DNA of 64,000 bases from Candidatus Poribacteria bacterium (GCA_003635185.1 PYJA01000131.1:1035-65034), one strand, 5' to 3'. Shown: positions 39,238 through 49,125, counted from the first letter of the stretch. The notes: generated from the letters alone by a model not told the origin. Made by a program: numbers and translations.

Positions 39238-41946
39238 TTAATTTGATTGAGATTTGGGTTGCTGACGAACATGCAACAAGAGTAAACTCAGCGTGCGGAG
39301 CTCAACTTCACGGAGAAACAGTTTCCACTGATGCATTTTGCCACGGTATTTTTCGTAATACTTCTCAAGAGCAAGCTCAAGTTGAGTCTTAGAATTATTA
39401 GCCCGGAATTGCTCCCATGCCTCAGCAGCTTCTTTTCCACTGCCCTTGGGAGATGCGGCACCGTATAAGGTTTTGAAGGCATTCTGCTTTACCCACCATT
39501 TTTCACTTCGATCAGCAGCATCAGCTTCTTGTGCCACAGCATAAAGAAAACGTGCTGCTAACCCTTTGCTAAATTCCTCTTCAATGAGATTCGTATATTT
39601 CCGAGCAACGACAGATACATTTGAACCGCTTTTATCTATCTCTGCTCGCACGAGCGGACATGCTAATTCAAATAGATATGTTGAAAAGTCAATAATATCT
39701 TGGTACAATTCAGAACTCATAGAAATACCTCCCGCGGCTTGTGCCAATTGTTTTTGATAAATCAGAATGAATTCGGATTCATAAGTTTTAAGGTCCGTCT
39801 CAAACACATCGCGCTCACGAACATCTTTTTCATCTTTACGATCTTGGGCATAACAAATTGCTCGATAAAGTGCTGTGTAAACACACCCATCGGTCAGTGC
39901 AGTCACAATTTCATAAGTAACAGCTTTCGCTTTCCCATCGGTGTTGTAATAAAAAGGTAAATTCCGAAAATGCCCTAAACCATTAGCGACAAACGGATGA
40001 ATTTCTGTCCAATTATGCGCCTCTCCTCCAACATGAACGCGCATTGATCGTTGCTGTTGTTTCATAAGATGAGGATGCGCTTTCAGCTGCAGATAAAGTT
40101 GAGTTTTAGTGTCAATTTTGCCTCTTCCACTCCTGAGTGATAGTAACAAGTAACGGTTTGGAAAAATACTCAAATTTGCTACACGATTGATAGCTTTGAG
40201 AGCTTGCAATCCAGATATGCCCCGTAAGGCTTCGTGGAGCGCAAAAAGTTCCATGTAATTATCCGTTTGGAACTCGACGATGCACATATCGTCATGCGGA
40301 TAAATTGATGACAGATATGCAACAAAAGCGCAAGAACTACAGATCGACGGTTCCTCTGTCCTTACCGGTTTGTCATAAGGAAATTTCTTTGATTCAGGCA
40401 GAAATGATTTGGTTCCTTCTAGCAAATCCACATCTGAACCACAAATGATACAACGTTTTTCACTGTCCGTTTTCATGAGGCCAACTATCTTTCTCTCATC
40501 CTCAAAAAGCGTCAATTGCTGAGTTAAGCTCGCTTGCTGTATCGTTGGAAAACTATCGGTGGATTCCATCAAGCTAAACGGCACATGAATCGACCGTTTA
40601 GGTATTTTTGTTAAGCTCAATTCCAGCTCGTTGTTCCCTACACTGATACTCTTTTTATTAATTTTCAACAAAGTTAGAATATACGCATCAGATAAATCAA
40701 GTGTCTTTAAGATATCTGACGACCAATTCTCCAATGTAATACAATATCCTTTCGGAGGCTTGGACAAACAAGGGGCAAGTTTAACAGCAAATGTTGCTTT
40801 AACAAGAAGTTCGATTGACTTACGTCGATATTCAACCGGCTTACCCCCAACAGGAATAAAGATCAATTCAGATTTACATTTTTCCTCAACTTTATCAATT
40901 AACACTGTTAAATCCAAAAGTTCTTTCTTATTGCGTTTACTCTTGACTATTTGATTTGTCTTTTCTTTCGCGTCTGTTATCAATTGTGAGAAGTGCAAAC
41001 TTGACTCACAACTTTTAACAACGAATTTTTGCAATTGACGAACATCTTTCCGGAGTTGATTATCAAAATTCTTACCTTTGTCATTCAGTTCTTTCAACCG
41101 CTGTTTTTCCTCTCTTGTTTCAGCTAATGAAGTTTGTTTGAGGCGATCATCCCACAATTCGGAAATCCGCTTTTCCTGCAGAATACCATCTTCCACATAT
41201 TCATGCAACAACTTTGCAACGATAATATCGCCAGACTCTGAGATTGATCTTCCCCCTTTGATGCATAAATCTACCACCTGATCACTTGATTCATTCGGCG
41301 CGGAATCTTGGACCGCATCACGCGAAATGAAATTTGGAATCTTGCCAGCCTGTTGTTGAAACACAGATAATTTTCTTGGAATTACCTGCTTTACTGTTTG
41401 CCACACAGCTGATTGAACGAGTGTTTCTGTCAACGGCAACGCGCCTATTCCTGGATTTCTCGGCATGGCATTGAGCGCAGCCAAAATACCATCTTTAATT
41501 GCAGTTTCAGCAATTGAGGAGTGACGGAAACCATCCCAGATTTTGTCAGCGTTTGGGAATTGCTTTGGAGACCAAAGTCGTGCAAATCCATCCGAAACCT
41601 CAATTGGAATAACTCCGTGTTCTTGGTAAAGGTACTTGAGCAAAAGTCCACTAAAAACACTATAGGCAATTCGCATACGCGGCTCAACAGGAACAGGCAT
41701 AGTCAAAAAGTGTGTTGGTTTAGGAATTTGAATTTGTTGAATTTCACCCTCACGATTGTAACGCAAGAAGTAACTGTCCTCATCTTTCGCGAAGACACCT
41801 GCTGAGCGAAGTATGCTAGTAATCTCTGTTGGTTTGAGGTTGCTTTCCTTCAACAAATTTTTGGCGGTTGCAACGGCATCCGCTGGTTGCTCAACTAGGC
41901 GCAGGAGCGTCCAAACGGCTCGCTGGATACATTGACTGCGGTTCAC
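39238..41946 (-). CDS. cas10d: Cas10d-like large subunit lacking the N-terminal HD domain
   Basis: 902 aa. GTG start overlapping the HD-gene stop (GTGA). Central zinc-ribbon 'CIICGS...(about 33 aa)...CSSCAF' and an alpha-helical C-terminus. Position between HD/Cas3' and csc2 is as in type I-D. Confidence 0.5.
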   Translation of the reverse strand: MNRSQCIQRAVWTLLRLVEQPADAVATAKNLLKESNLKPTEITSILRSAGVFAKDEDSYFLRYNREGEIQQIQIPKPTHFLTMPVPVEPRMRIAYSVFSGLLLKYLYQEHGVIPIEVSDGFARLWSPKQFPNADKIWDGFRHSSIAETAIKDGILAALNAMPRNPGIGALPLTETLVQSAVWQTVKQVIPRKLSVFQQQAGKIPNFISRDAVQDSAPNESSDQVVDLCIKGGRSISESGDIIVAKLLHEYVEDGILQEKRISELWDDRLKQTSLAETREEKQRLKELNDKGKNFDNQLRKDVRQLQKFVVKSCESSLHFSQLITDAKEKTNQIVKSKRNKKELLDLTVLIDKVEEKCKSELIFIPVGGKPVEYRRKSIELLVKATFAVKLAPCLSKPPKGYCITLENWSSDILKTLDLSDAYILTLLKINKKSISVGNNELELSLTKIPKRSIHVPFSLMESTDSFPTIQQASLTQQLTLFEDERKIVGLMKTDSEKRCIICGSDVDLLEGTKSFLPESKKFPYDKPVRTEEPSICSSCAFVAYLSSIYPHDDMCIVEFQTDNYMELFALHEALRGISGLQALKAINRVANLSIFPNRYLLLSLRSGRGKIDTKTQLYLQLKAHPHLMKQQQRSMRVHVGGEAHNWTEIHPFVANGLGHFRNLPFYYNTDGKAKAVTYEIVTALTDGCVYTALYRAICYAQDRKDEKDVRERDVFETDLKTYESEFILIYQKQLAQAAGGISMSSELYQDIIDFSTYLFELACPLVRAEIDKSGSNVSVVARKYTNLIEEEFSKGLAARFLYAVAQEADAADRSEKWWVKQNAFKTLYGAASPKGSGKEAAEAWEQFRANNSKTQLELALEKYYEKYRGKMHQWKLFLREVELRTLSLLLLHVRQQPKSQSN

Positions 41947-42803
41947 TGTTTTTTCCTTTTCATGGTTTGCATTCCATCATAGTAAAAATCTTGCAGGTAA
42001 TAGTTCACATTAAGTGTGAGTTGCTGTGACTCACAATTCAACGTTATCTGTCCAAAAACTACATTTTTATCACGTTTTACTTCGTGTACATCCCCTTCAG
42101 CCTTAAGTGTCTTTTCAGCAAAACGCCACTCCCTACGGAACTCTTTTTCTTCAACTTTTTCCAGTTGATGAACAACCTTTGTAGCCCATTCAGAAGCAAA
42201 ATGATCCGCGACAATCAGTTTATAAAGATCGTCAAGAATCTTTTGACCATGATCTGCCGCTGCTTCGACCAACCGTTCTGGACTAAAGGTATGGTGGAGG
42301 CGAATGAGGTTAATAAGATAGTCTCGTTCGCGGGGTTCCAAGTCATTGAGGAGATCCTCAGGCTGGACGGTTGAAGCATGCAAACCGAAAGGAGGCTGGA
42401 GGCGATAACCATCTATTCGTGTTTGGATGTGTTCCTTTGGTTTAGCTTTCAAGAATTGGAGGTATGCCTCTGCCGATTCATCGGGCGTAACTGACTCTAT
42501 GGTTGCCCTGCCATAAAAATCATCAGTAAGGATGCGGCGGCGTTCATCAGTCCGGTTATTCAATGTCTCAAGTTTATTTGCGTAATCAAACCTCAAGTCA
42601 ATTTTTTTTCCAATGTCGTGCCAATCCGCTGCCCTCTTGAGGTTCTCCGAGGCATCTGGGTAAAGCCAATCAAGCATCACGCGGACATGGCGGATGTGTT
42701 CTTCCACCTCAATGAGAGCAAGTTGTTTAATGGTATTCCCATTCTGAATTTGGATGATTTTGCCTGGAACGAAAATTTGTCGTAACGGAAACGGTACAGT
42801 CAT
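41943..42803 (-). CDS. Stand-alone HD-domain nuclease (Cas3''-like)
   Basis: 286 aa. Ordered HD-superfamily motifs 'EEHIRH', 'AADWHDIGK', 'GLHAS', 'LIRLHHTF' and 'VADHF'. Confidence 0.65.
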   Translation of the reverse strand: MTVPFPLRQIFVPGKIIQIQNGNTIKQLALIEVEEHIRHVRVMLDWLYPDASENLKRAADWHDIGKKIDLRFDYANKLETLNNRTDERRRILTDDFYGRATIESVTPDESAEAYLQFLKAKPKEHIQTRIDGYRLQPPFGLHASTVQPEDLLNDLEPRERDYLINLIRLHHTFSPERLVEAAADHGQKILDDLYKLIVADHFASEWATKVVHQLEKVEEKEFRREWRFAEKTLKAEGDVHEVKRDKNVVFGQITLNCESQQLTLNVNYYLQDFYYDGMQTMKRKKQ

Positions 42804-42809
42804 ATTTGA

Positions 42810-44690
42810 TTACTCTTGTTCTCGTGGTTCAAGCCACCACAGCCTAAGTTTAGTGCTTCCTTGTCTTTTCCGTAATTCTACTTCGCAACGTTTCAGGAAC
42901 GGAGATGGAGATCTACTCTTTGGAGAAACATAACGAGGAAGATAAGTGAAGCCGAAGTTTGCATCTTTGTAAATCCTGTGCTGCTGGTCAATTGGAGTCT
43001 CTGATGATAAAAGTAGGATTAGCGGCACCCCGATAGCGTAGAGTGTTGCTTCCTTATCCTCATTTTTTACCAAATACCCTGCTAATCTCAAGGTTTCACC
43101 CAAGGGTCTGTCCTTTTCTCCTCCGACTGCATAACGTAAAGTCTTATCATGGTCTGTATTATAACCTTCAAAAATCCATGCACATGCCCCTGCAATATCC
43201 GCTGCTCCACTGACAGGTATTGAATAATGTTCTTTCAATTCCTCTCCACTCCAGAATTGTTTTGCGGGAATTCCACCAATGTAACTTTCAGAATTACGTT
43301 CTTCGCTCATCACTAATGTAATTGATGGTTCCCACTGGCGGGTGATGATTACTCCTTCTTTCCAAAGTTCACGGTTTTCGCGGACAAAATCGTATATGTA
43401 TTGGTGCATTGCCTCATCTTGCTGATACTCTAATCGCTGCTTGACATTTTCGATTTCAGGTGGACTGTTCATTTTCTTGATTTCATCCTTGTGCAAGGTA
43501 TTGATTTCACTATTCACTTGTAATATCTTATCAAAGTATTCCTGCAATTGTACTATTCGCAGGTAGGATTCTGTCTCTGCCCCTTGTAGGACAACAACCT
43601 TACCTTTTTCACCTTTACGCCTTGCACATCTACCAATACGTTGAATGAAAGCATCTGGTTCACATATCTGAGTAAACATCCTTGTTGCTGATACATCAAC
43701 ACCGACCTCCATCGCTGAAGTTGTCAACAGTAGGTAAGGCTTTTTATTTTCGTCGAGACTTTTCAAATGTTCAAGTACTTTCTTACGATATGCTGGCATT
43801 TGATGCCCGTGGTAAGTGAGTATATTTCCTGTTATGCAATCATCACTGAGATGGGCAATATTGTTTTCATTTCCTCTTGCGATGAGGTTCCCCCAAATCT
43901 CCTGCAGTGTGCTTCCTGTCTGCCTTGCAATATCATCAGGTGGTGTCACACGATTGACAACAAGGATCACCCGCTCGCCTTGACAGTAAGCGTTCCACGC
44001 CACATCAATTCCCTGAGTGAAATCTTGCATTCCACCGAACAATACCTGACCACTCCGAATTTCTGTATCGGTTATGACGTTGAAGAAATCACCCTCACTA
44101 ATAGGGCGTGGGAAATACTTTCGATCTTTGTCGACTAGGGCATCAATTAGAGACGCTGGTAATGTCGCCGATAAAAGGACTGTCTGTACGTTGCGCTCAT
44201 AGGTTAACTTATGCAGAATAAACCAAAAATGCGAAAATATAATTTCGTCGTATGTATGTGCCTCATCAAAAATGAGGATTGTTTTGCGTTCATGTGAGAA
44301 AGCGATTCTGTAGGGATATAGATAAGCCCAGCGTTTGCGACCATAGGCAAATAACCGATAAAGGAACTTATCAAGACTTGTAAGGATCACATCGGCTGTA
44401 TAAAACGTCCGTTCGCTCTCGTCCCCAGTATCTACGGCGACTTTTCGGTTACTTGCAAGCTTTTCTATCCGTGGTAGTTGGTCCTGCAGAAGACTCTTTG
44501 TTGGCAGAAGTAAAATGATTCTTTTATTGGTTTCCAAAGCAGGAATCAGAGCTGCTTCTGTCTTACCACTACCTGTACCAGCGGAGATAATAGTATTTTC
44601 TCCGTTCTCTTTAATGGTATTCCAGACCAGATTTTGATACTCGTAGGACTCATGGCCTGTACGTTTTTTGAAAACTTCTCTTGGATTCAT
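42810..44690 (-). CDS. cas3: Cas3' SF2 helicase
   Basis: 626 aa. 'SAGTGSGKTEAAL' (motif I), 'TSLDKFLYR', 'IFDEAHTYD' (DEAH variant), 'LLSATLP', 'TTSAMEVGVDVS' and 'QRIGRCARR' (motif VI). Confidence 0.8.
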   Translation of the reverse strand: MNPREVFKKRTGHESYEYQNLVWNTIKENGENTIISAGTGSGKTEAALIPALETNKRIILLLPTKSLLQDQLPRIEKLASNRKVAVDTGDESERTFYTADVILTSLDKFLYRLFAYGRKRWAYLYPYRIAFSHERKTILIFDEAHTYDEIIFSHFWFILHKLTYERNVQTVLLSATLPASLIDALVDKDRKYFPRPISEGDFFNVITDTEIRSGQVLFGGMQDFTQGIDVAWNAYCQGERVILVVNRVTPPDDIARQTGSTLQEIWGNLIARGNENNIAHLSDDCITGNILTYHGHQMPAYRKKVLEHLKSLDENKKPYLLLTTSAMEVGVDVSATRMFTQICEPDAFIQRIGRCARRKGEKGKVVVLQGAETESYLRIVQLQEYFDKILQVNSEINTLHKDEIKKMNSPPEIENVKQRLEYQQDEAMHQYIYDFVRENRELWKEGVIITRQWEPSITLVMSEERNSESYIGGIPAKQFWSGEELKEHYSIPVSGAADIAGACAWIFEGYNTDHDKTLRYAVGGEKDRPLGETLRLAGYLVKNEDKEATLYAIGVPLILLLSSETPIDQQHRIYKDANFGFTYLPRYVSPKSRSPSPFLKRCEVELRKRQGSTKLRLWWLEPREQE

Positions 44691-44722
44691 TTATATCCTT
44701 ACGTAATCGGTCACATGAAACT

Positions 44723-44759
44723 ATGACGGTTAACAGTCATATAGACTGTTAACCGTCAT
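44723..44759. terminator. 16-bp perfect inverted repeat between the PSD1 stop and the cas3' start
   Basis: atgacggttaacagtc-atata-gactgttaaccgtcat lies 4 nt after the stop at 44764 and 33 nt before the cas3' ATG. There is no U-run. Confidence 0.45.
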
Positions 44760-44763
44760 GAAG

Positions 44764-47700
44764 TTACCCCTTATTTAAGACTTCGTCCAAATTAAGGATA
44801 AGATTTGCAATCATTGTCCAGGTAGCGACTTCGATCGCATCTAATTTCTCATCAGGTTTGGATTCACCGACAGCGATGAGTTCTTTTGCTGCTTCCGGAT
44901 CCGCTTTGAGTTCTTCTGCGTGCGCCTGCATTGTCTCAAGCAGCAGTTTTGCTTCCGCTGGTTTCGGTTCGCGGGCAGTTGCCATCTCAAAGATGTAAGC
45001 GATTCGCTCTTCTGAGGTTTGACCACCCTCTTTAATCGTCCGTTCTGCGAAAGCGCGTGCCGCTTCAACAAACTGCGGATCATTCATCAACATTAACGCC
45101 TGCATCGGTGTATTTGTGCGTTCACGGCGAATAGTGCAAGCCTCACGTGATGGCGCATCCAAGATATTCATCTGCGGTGGCGGTGCAGTTCGCTTCCAGA
45201 ACGTATAGAGACTTCGGCGATACACCTTATCAGCACCGGAATCTTTCCTAAAGGTATCTGTATTAGAACCGGTAAATCCGACCGCTTTCCAGAGACCACC
45301 CGGTTGCGGCGGCTTGACACTCGGTCCGCCGATACGTTTATATAACAACCCACTAACAGCCAAGGCGTTATCGCGCACAATTTCAGCGTCAAACCGATAC
45401 CTTGGTGCGCGGGAAAACAGCACGTTATCGGCATCGCGTTCCAATTTTTTGGGCGTAACCTTTGCACTCTGTCGGTATGTTGCCGATGTGAACATCAGTT
45501 TCTGCATTACTTGTACATCCCAGCCAGATGCCACAAATTCGGTTGCAAGCCAATCGAGAAGTTCCGGATGTGTTGGCGGTGTGCCTTGCGTGCCGAAGTC
45601 TTCTGATGTTTTCACAATACCGGTTCCGAAGATATTTTGCCAGAAACGGTTAATTGTGACACGCGCAGTAAGCGGATGTTTGCGGGAAAGCAACCATTTT
45701 GCCAGTGAAAGCCGATTTGGTGACGAACCCTTTACCATTGCCGGAAGTGCTGCGGGTGTTTGTGGATAGACCTGATCGCCTCGGTGTTGATATGCACCAC
45801 GTTCCAGAATATACGCGCCGCGTGGTTCAGATCGTTCTTGCATGACCAACGTCGTCGTAAGCGAATTATTTAACGAATTCCGCTTGTTTTGGGTATCCGC
45901 TAAATCCGCGTAGAGTTTTTTCAAATCCGCATCAATTGAAACATTTCGCCGGTAGTATTCTCGAATTTGCGTCTGTTGATCTCCGTTGCGTTTGCCTCTT
46001 TCAACCGCTATTGTGTCAACGATGTTTGCTGTTACCATCGGTGCATCAGATTCCATGCGGAAGAAAAAGCCTGATGGACCAGAATAGTTGACAACCTTTA
46101 GCAGTAAAGCGTTATTGCCCGGGTTAAGTTGAATTTGGACTTTCTCAGTATCTGGTGCAGCATCGCGTTGGATATTGCTGGCAAGCACCTCCGTCTGATT
46201 TATCCAGACCTTCAACGCATCGTTGCTACTGAGGTAAAGCGTCGCTTTCTGTTTGGTTTCAGAGGTAATGTTTCGGTAGAGATATGTCGCACTGTTTTCA
46301 CCAACAATGTCATTATGCACCTGACCGTCCTGCCAATGTGTCTGCTGTTTCCACGTCAATTCTTTTGAACCGACAGTGAATTTATCCTTTGTATTCACAG
46401 GTTTAGTTTCCGGTTCATAAACATTATAGAAGGCAATGTTGCCGTGTTCTGCGGTAAACGGACCGGCAGAATGCCAATTTCCAAGCGAGACTTTAGAACC
46501 GATCGGGTAGATCGTCGGTGCGTCTGAGACAGCAAGTCTGAACCTGCCCAGGTGATGCTTGGCGTGCTGAGATTCATGTTTAAGGCGAATCCTTAACAAC
46601 CCACCTTCTGTACCGAATGGGTTTGCGACAAGAAAGATCGCTTGCCGACTGTTGCCACGATTATTATTGCTTTCTAAGCCCCAACCGGTTTCCGGTTTGT
46701 CGTCAATCACATTCGCAATGGCGAAATCACCGCCTCCCTGCTCCTTGTCCGCCCATGCTTTTACGATGGAAACAGATGTCCAAGGGTCTTTGGGTTCAGC
46801 AGGTTCTGCTGATTCTTCAGTTTTTTCCTCAGCAGGTTGAACTTCATCAGTTTCTGGTGCCGCATCTTCAGCAGGTTCTGTAGCATCTTCGGCGGGTTTA
46901 TCTTCCACTTCTTCAGCAGGTTTCTCAGCGGGTTGAACCTTGTCAGTTTCTGGTGCCGCATCTTCAGCAGGTTTCTCTTCATCAGTTGGTGCTGCTTCTT
47001 CAGCGGGTTGCGTTTCATCAGTTAACGCCGCCTCTTCAGCTGCTTTTGCCTCTTCAGCTGCCTTAGCTTCTGCGGCTGCTTTTGCCGCTGCGGCAGCCTT
47101 AGCTGCTTCAACCGCCTTTTGTGCTGCTTCCTTAGCAGCATTAAGCTCTTGCTCTGCATTTGCAGCGGGGACAATATCAACAGAAAATCCTGTCAAAACC
47201 ACATTGCTATTGTCACTGCGCCCGATACCACTGCCCGGCAAGGATTTGTCAGGAATACCTTCCAATCGCACGGCACTCCATTTACCGGCAGGCAGTTTTG
47301 CAATAACTTCATAGACCTCTTTGTCAGGATTTTCACCACTTGCCAAAACAGAATTATCATCACGGATTTCAACCGTTGCGCCCCCTTGTGAAAGGACAAC
47401 CTCTGGTTTGATAAGTGTCCACCGCGGCATCCTGTTTTCCCATGCAGTTTGGGCAGCATCAACCAGCGGCAATGGTCCCTTACTCCGTGTGTCTAAGTCT
47501 TTGATCTGGTCATCATATTTTGCGAGTTGTGCCTTCTGCTCTGGTGTCGGCAACTTCACAACAGGAGGCGAATCCTTGCGGTTGCCATCCATCGCATTTT
47601 CGGTGATATTGTTGAAATAGGCAAAGAGTTGATAGTATTCTTTCTGTGAAATCGGGTCATATTTATGGTCGTGGCACTGCGCGCAGGCAGCGGTTAAGCC

Positions 47701-48705
47701 CATCCAGACGGTTGATGTCGTATTAACTCTGTCAACAGCGTATCGGACGTAGTATTCCTCAGCGATAGAACCGCCTTCGCTTGTTGTGACGTGGCATCGG
47801 TTGAAACCTGTAGCGACACGTTGATCAACGGTTGGTTCAGGTAACAGATCACCCGCCAACTGTTCAATCGTAAACTCGTCAAACGGCATCTTATTATTAA
47901 ATGCCTTAATCACCCAATCCCTATAAGGCCACATTTCGCGATAGTTGTCTAAATGTAGTCCGTGCGTATCGCCATAACGTGCCACATCTAACCAGAAGCG
48001 CGCCATGTGTTCGCCATATTCGGGTTTTGCCATGAAGGTATCAATCAGTTTTTCGTAAGCATCAGGTGAATCGTCCGCGAGGAATTGGTATATTTCTTCA
48101 CGGGTTGGTGGTAAACCGGTCAGGTCAAAACTTAAGCGGCGGATGAGGGTGCGTCTATCCGCTTCTTTGGCGGGTTGCAGTCCTTCTTTTTCAAGACGTG
48201 CTAAGATAAACGCATCAATTGGGTTTCGTGCCCAATCTTTGTTTTTCACAGTGGGTAGCGTTGGACGAATAGGTGTGGTGAATGCCCAATGTTCCTCCCA
48301 TTGTGCCCCTTCGCTTATCCACTGTTTGATGGTTTCTATTTGCTCTGGTGTTAACGTTTTATTAAAATCTGCTGGTGGCATCTGACGACTGTCGTCATCA
48401 GAGGTGATACGGAGGTAGAGTTCGCTTTCATCTGGCTTTTGAGGAACGAGAATCGGATACCCGCTCGGTTCAGAAAACGCGCCTTCCTTTGTATCAAGTC
48501 GTAGGTTTGCCTGTCGAGTCTTTTCGTCTGGACCGTGGCAGGCGAAACAGTTGTCTGCTAAAATAGGACGAATGTCCTTGCTATAATTAACGGTTGTTTG
48601 TAGGGTTTCGTGGTTATCCGCGGATGCAAAGGGAAGTCCTAACATCACGATAGATAAATAGACTAACATTGCAGTTAGTGGAATGGAACTTTTAGCACTT
48701 TTCAC
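44764..48705 (-). CDS. PSCyt/DUF1549/DUF1553 (PSD1-type) large secreted protein with Ala/Glu/Pro-rich insert
   Basis: 1313 aa. N-terminal heme-like 'CFACHGPD' (planctomycete cytochrome c domain), 'CAQCHDHKYDP' (DUF1549 region) and a DUF1553-like C-terminus. Low-complexity AAKAAAEAKAAEE/PAEDAAPETD repeats lie at about 46790-47160. Confidence 0.85.
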   Translation of the reverse strand: MKSAKSSIPLTAMLVYLSIVMLGLPFASADNHETLQTTVNYSKDIRPILADNCFACHGPDEKTRQANLRLDTKEGAFSEPSGYPILVPQKPDESELYLRITSDDDSRQMPPADFNKTLTPEQIETIKQWISEGAQWEEHWAFTTPIRPTLPTVKNKDWARNPIDAFILARLEKEGLQPAKEADRRTLIRRLSFDLTGLPPTREEIYQFLADDSPDAYEKLIDTFMAKPEYGEHMARFWLDVARYGDTHGLHLDNYREMWPYRDWVIKAFNNKMPFDEFTIEQLAGDLLPEPTVDQRVATGFNRCHVTTSEGGSIAEEYYVRYAVDRVNTTSTVWMGLTAACAQCHDHKYDPISQKEYYQLFAYFNNITENAMDGNRKDSPPVVKLPTPEQKAQLAKYDDQIKDLDTRSKGPLPLVDAAQTAWENRMPRWTLIKPEVVLSQGGATVEIRDDNSVLASGENPDKEVYEVIAKLPAGKWSAVRLEGIPDKSLPGSGIGRSDNSNVVLTGFSVDIVPAANAEQELNAAKEAAQKAVEAAKAAAAAKAAAEAKAAEEAKAAEEAALTDETQPAEEAAPTDEEKPAEDAAPETDKVQPAEKPAEEVEDKPAEDATEPAEDAAPETDEVQPAEEKTEESAEPAEPKDPWTSVSIVKAWADKEQGGGDFAIANVIDDKPETGWGLESNNNRGNSRQAIFLVANPFGTEGGLLRIRLKHESQHAKHHLGRFRLAVSDAPTIYPIGSKVSLGNWHSAGPFTAEHGNIAFYNVYEPETKPVNTKDKFTVGSKELTWKQQTHWQDGQVHNDIVGENSATYLYRNITSETKQKATLYLSSNDALKVWINQTEVLASNIQRDAAPDTEKVQIQLNPGNNALLLKVVNYSGPSGFFFRMESDAPMVTANIVDTIAVERGKRNGDQQTQIREYYRRNVSIDADLKKLYADLADTQNKRNSLNNSLTTTLVMQERSEPRGAYILERGAYQHRGDQVYPQTPAALPAMVKGSSPNRLSLAKWLLSRKHPLTARVTINRFWQNIFGTGIVKTSEDFGTQGTPPTHPELLDWLATEFVASGWDVQVMQKLMFTSATYRQSAKVTPKKLERDADNVLFSRAPRYRFDAEIVRDNALAVSGLLYKRIGGPSVKPPQPGGLWKAVGFTGSNTDTFRKDSGADKVYRRSLYTFWKRTAPPPQMNILDAPSREACTIRRERTNTPMQALMLMNDPQFVEAARAFAERTIKEGGQTSEERIAYIFEMATAREPKPAEAKLLLETMQAHAEELKADPEAAKELIAVGESKPDEKLDAIEVATWTMIANLILNLDEVLNKG

Positions 48706-48863
48706 TGGAATTCACTCCTTATTTAATAGGGTTTACAACTGAAGTTTTTTATAACAGAATTGACAATTGTGACAATTAGGTAGTTTTCTTGCTAAATATT
48801 ATTTATATGTTTCCATTTAGAACTACTTAGTTTACGAATACGATTGAAGTCTTGAAAATGGAT

Positions 48864-49091
48864 TTACTTATCTTCCCACTCGATCTCATCAAGAGTTTGT
48901 GCGGTTACAACCTGCTCAAAAAGTGTATCAAGACGGGAAAGACTCCGCATCACAGAAACTTTGGCGATAAGCGTTTCTGGAACAGGATCAAAACGGAGAT
49001 GAAGCAGTTTTAGGAGGGACTCCCGTTTTGCCCGGATTTCTCCGTGTTCTTCCCCTTGTTGAATTAGGTATTCAGCCATTGTTTGTGCCAT
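48864..49091 (-). pseudogene. Duplicated C-terminal (DUF4351-like) fragment of the adjacent Rpn-family gene
   Basis: The 75-aa ORF is nearly identical to the last roughly 85 aa of 49126..50217. The duplication also covers upstream non-start sequence (49092-49118). Confidence 0.6.
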
Positions 49092-49125
49092 TGTTTCTCC
49101 CTCCTCTCTACGGGATGATTAGGCA

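Noticed and set aside
46617-47314. Several plus-strand ORFs (62-124 aa) rich in Ala/Ser/Phe inside the PSD1-type gene
   Set aside because: They are antisense or alternate-frame shadows of the Ala/Glu/Pro-rich low-complexity insert. The minus-strand 1313-aa ORF explains the region.
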